NCBI GenBank assembly: GCA_023261695.1
Contig: JAHFON010000004.1
Span: forward strand, 1-55,804
Direction of reading: 5' to 3'
Length of the DNA: 55,804 nt
Source: Candidatus Moraniibacteriota bacterium
GTDB lineage: Bacteria > Patescibacteriota > Minisyncoccia > Moranbacterales > UBA1568
The position numbers and the translations under genes were made by a program. Positions 53,651 to 55,804 of this stretch are shown piece by piece (position 1 is the stretch's first letter; each line of letters starts with the position of its first letter). The notes under the pieces are model-generated. The model did not search any database and was not told the DNA's origin. It saw only the letters and a program-made list of their open reading frames with translations.

Positions 53651-54124
53651 CTACGCATACGCGTAAGTTTCTTCTTTTGCTTGCTCATCGGCTTCTTTTT
53701 TGGCTTTTTTGTAGGCCCGCCGCGCCATAAAATAAAGCAAAATAACCATCGCCGTTTCAATCGGCAGAAGATCCAATCCGAAAAGCATTTCTGCTAGTCC
53801 AAATAAAATCACCACCAGTCCGCGTGTTACCTGCATGTTCATTTTTTTATTTTTAGAAGACCTGTCAAATATCACCAAAAGAATCCAGATCAGAAAAGTC
53901 AAACAAAGAGTGACGACAGTCCCAATAGCTGGCAGAGAGCCGATACCTATAAAATCTAACAGGTCTTTCAGAATGGCAATCATCCCCACTCCGAAATAAA
54001 GAAGTGCGGACGGTTTCTCTCCGGTAAATGTAGGTTTTTTTGTTTGCTTATCCGCCATTTTTTTGCGTACGGCTCGCCCTGCTTGCCGCGCCCGTTGCAA
54101 AGTGTTCATAGATGAAGTCGTCAT
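53651..54124 (-). CDS. Hypothetical polytopic membrane protein with basic termini
   Basis: Three or four hydrophobic helices are flanked by Lys/Arg-rich N- and C-termini. The ORF-track start at 54181 is TTG. ATG 54124 (MTTSSMN) or 54058 (MADKQ) is more likely. It lies directly downstream of the VirB4-like gene. Confidence 0.6.
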   Translation of the reverse strand: MTTSSMNTLQRARQAGRAVRKKMADKQTKKPTFTGEKPSALLYFGVGMIAILKDLLDFIGIGSLPAIGTVVTLCLTFLIWILLVIFDRSSKNKKMNMQVTRGLVVILFGLAEMLFGLDLLPIETAMVILLYFMARRAYKKAKKEADEQAKEETYAYA

Positions 54125-54164
54125 AGCCAAACACTTAAAAAATTTTCTTATTTCTTGCCCCTCT

Positions 54165-55804
54165 CTATTGTCCCGTATCAAACTCCCGTTTCGCTTGTTC
54201 TATTTCCAAAAGTTGCCGCGGATCGGAAGTGATAATCTGATCTTCGCTGTAAGAAGCCACTACTTTGATGGCGGCGTGTTTGGAACCGGCGAAAAAAATG
54301 CCCTCGCCCACGTTACTCTCCAACAAAAGAAACTTCTCGTGATCCGTAAGATAAAATGTTTCCGCCACGATATCAATAGAAGACGGCGACTGGCGAAGCA
54401 AAAATTGCATGGAAGAGTTTGTGATAATCGGCTTGCCGTAGCGCGAAGCCGCAAAGTCTCCGATGTCCTGCGTGATAGTCGTCAGCCCCGTGTAATATTT
54501 GCGGCAACGCTTGGCAATGCCAAACAAAAAAGCCGCGGCATCGTCGTTTTGCATCATCACCCACGCCTCGTCCACCACAACGATGCGCTTTTGCATACGG
54601 GCGCGCATTTCGTTCCAGACAAATTGCAATATAATATACATCGCGATTGGCCGCAGTTCCGCTTCCAGATCGCGAATGTTGAAAACCACCAATTGATTGT
54701 TCATTTCCATATTGGTCTGCTTGTTGAGAAATCCGCCGAAAATTCCCTCCGTGTAACGCTCCAGACGCGCCGCCAGAGATTCAGCGCCTTCCATATTTTG
54801 AAGGACGGCGTATAAGTCTGACATTGTCGGAAACGACGACGGCGTGAGCGCGGAAAAATCGCTTCTTTCGGTAATATCCCGGACGGCGTAGGCTTCTCGA
54901 ATCGCCCGATCAATAATGGAGTCTTCTTCCGGAGAAACGGCTCCCAACATCAGATGCAAAAGTCCGATTAAGTTGGCAATGGCATTGCGGAAAATACCCT
55001 CGCTGTCTTCATCGCCTTTATTGGTTGGCAAGTCAAAAGGGTTGAGATGAATATTGGAGTTCAGCGACATCTGAAGAAACGTGCCACCCACCGCTTCGCA
55101 AAGATGTTTGTATTCATTTTCCGGATCAATGATCATCACGCTCGTGCCAAACATCATAGAGCGCAGTATTTCCAGTTTCACAGTGTAACTTTTACCGGCG
55201 CCGGACTTGGCAAATACCACCATATTGGCATTTTCCATCTGAAAACGGTCAAAAAGAACCAAACTGTTGTTATGGCGATTGATGCCGTAGAGAATACCCT
55301 GATTGGAAGAAAGATCGGATGAAACGAAAGGAAATGTTGTGGAGAGCGGCTCGGTATTGAGGTTATTCGCCACATCCAAAGTGTCATTGGCGAGCGGGCG
55401 CGTGGAAGCGAAACCCTGATCCATCCGCATCACGGCTGGTTTGATATAAACGAGCTGGGCTTCCAAAATAGCTTCCACTGCTTGGCATTTTTGATTCAAG
55501 TCTTTCTCGTCATGGCCGTAAAGAGTGATATACAAACCGAAACGGAAAAACTTTTCCGTGCCTTGCTGTAATTTGTCGCGCAGTCCTTCAATATCTTCCA
55601 GCGCGGTTTCCAATATCGGATCGCGTATCTTGCCGTCCTCCGATTCAATATGAATTTGCGACTGCACCTGCGTGGATGACTTGCGCAGATTTTTCAATAT
55701 CTCCCCCGTATCAATCGGGTGCATAAAAATCGCTATATCCATCGCCAAGTCAATATTGATAATCGGCGAAAACCAATTAGTGGAGAGGTAACGCGGATAG
55801 GCGA
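54165..55804 (-). CDS. VirB4/TrbE/TraC-like type IV secretion ATPase (5' end outside the window)
   Basis: Walker A is FAKSGAGKSYT and Walker B is RIVVVDEAW. TITQDIGDF and LLLESNVGEGIF blocks are typical of VirB4-family ATPases. The reading frame stays open to the window edge (AYPRYLSTNWFSPIINIDLAMDIA...), so the gene is truncated. Confidence 0.85.
   Translation of the reverse strand, partial: AYPRYLSTNWFSPIINIDLAMDIAIFMHPIDTGEILKNLRKSSTQVQSQIHIESEDGKIRDPILETALEDIEGLRDKLQQGTEKFFRFGLYITLYGHDEKDLNQKCQAVEAILEAQLVYIKPAVMRMDQGFASTRPLANDTLDVANNLNTEPLSTTFPFVSSDLSSNQGILYGINRHNNSLVLFDRFQMENANMVVFAKSGAGKSYTVKLEILRSMMFGTSVMIIDPENEYKHLCEAVGGTFLQMSLNSNIHLNPFDLPTNKGDEDSEGIFRNAIANLIGLLHLMLGAVSPEEDSIIDRAIREAYAVRDITERSDFSALTPSSFPTMSDLYAVLQNMEGAESLAARLERYTEGIFGGFLNKQTNMEMNNQLVVFNIRDLEAELRPIAMYIILQFVWNEMRARMQKRIVVVDEAWVMMQNDDAAAFLFGIAKRCRKYYTGLTTITQDIGDFAASRYGKPIITNSSMQFLLRQSPSSIDIVAETFYLTDHEKFLLLESNVGEGIFFAGSKHAAIKVVASYSEDQIITSDPRQLLEIEQAKREFDTGQ

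Noticed and set aside
1-55804. CRISPR arrays, tRNA genes, rRNA genes and alternative genetic code (UGA recoding).
   Set aside because: No regularly spaced direct repeats were seen. No GTTCGAATC/GGTTCGA-type T-arm context occurs outside the tmRNA. All conserved genes translate full-length with code 11 and use TGA as a stop (for example the transposase fragment and the four-helix-bundle gene). The visual scan is not exhaustive, so tRNAscan-SE, ARAGORN and CRISPR finders should confirm it.

Overview
This 55.8 kb window comes from a compact, gene-dense bacterial genome. No rRNA gene, tRNA gene or CRISPR array was found by eye. Standard code 11 gives long clean ORFs. Gene content suggests a Candidate Phyla Radiation / Patescibacteria-like organism, but that is inference only. 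The supporting content is a 23S-IVS-type four-helix-bundle protein, a VirB4-like ATPase next to a large Cys-rich surface protein, several membrane-anchored thioredoxin-fold proteins, and very little metabolism. Housekeeping genes present are recO, ileS, smpB and tmRNA, infC-rpmI-rplT, lgt, mnmA, a Dus enzyme, an Rrf2-controlled sufCBDSU operon with ferredoxin and DUF59, a two-subunit 2-oxoacid:ferredoxin oxidoreductase, xseAB, a DsbA/CcdA-like redox pair, a MacB-type ABC pair, an S1 protease and a cyclophilin. The most interesting region is an accessory (defence-like) stretch at about 18.9-33 kb. (i) Between mnmA and dus lies an eight-gene, tightly packed, co-directional block. It encodes an AAA ATPase, RadC, two motif-permuted DNA methyltransferases (SPPY and DPPY), a PD-ExK nuclease, an orphan 338-aa protein, a GHKL (MORC/MutL-like) ATPase and a very acidic 97-aa protein. 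The GHKL ATPase has a C-terminus carrying an Rx4H HEPN-like motif. I read this block as an RM core coupled to an uncharacterised ATPase/RNase module. (ii) Next comes an AbiEi/AbiEii pair. (iii) Then comes an AT-rich orphan trio: a 593-aa protein, a stand-alone receiver domain and a roughly 123-aa protein. It sits behind a promoter whose -35/-10 spacer is an (AG)11 microsatellite, a candidate phase-variation switch. Other items worth a second look are a roughly 255-nt structured RNA candidate with its own promoter and terminator (5390-5645, minus strand), a consensus promoter firing directly into a 20-bp hairpin upstream of a small Cys-rich membrane peptide (49.8-50.2 kb), a histidine-free CPBP-like protein, and an unannotated 48-aa membrane ORF. 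All functional calls rest on motif and pattern recognition by eye. No database search was run.
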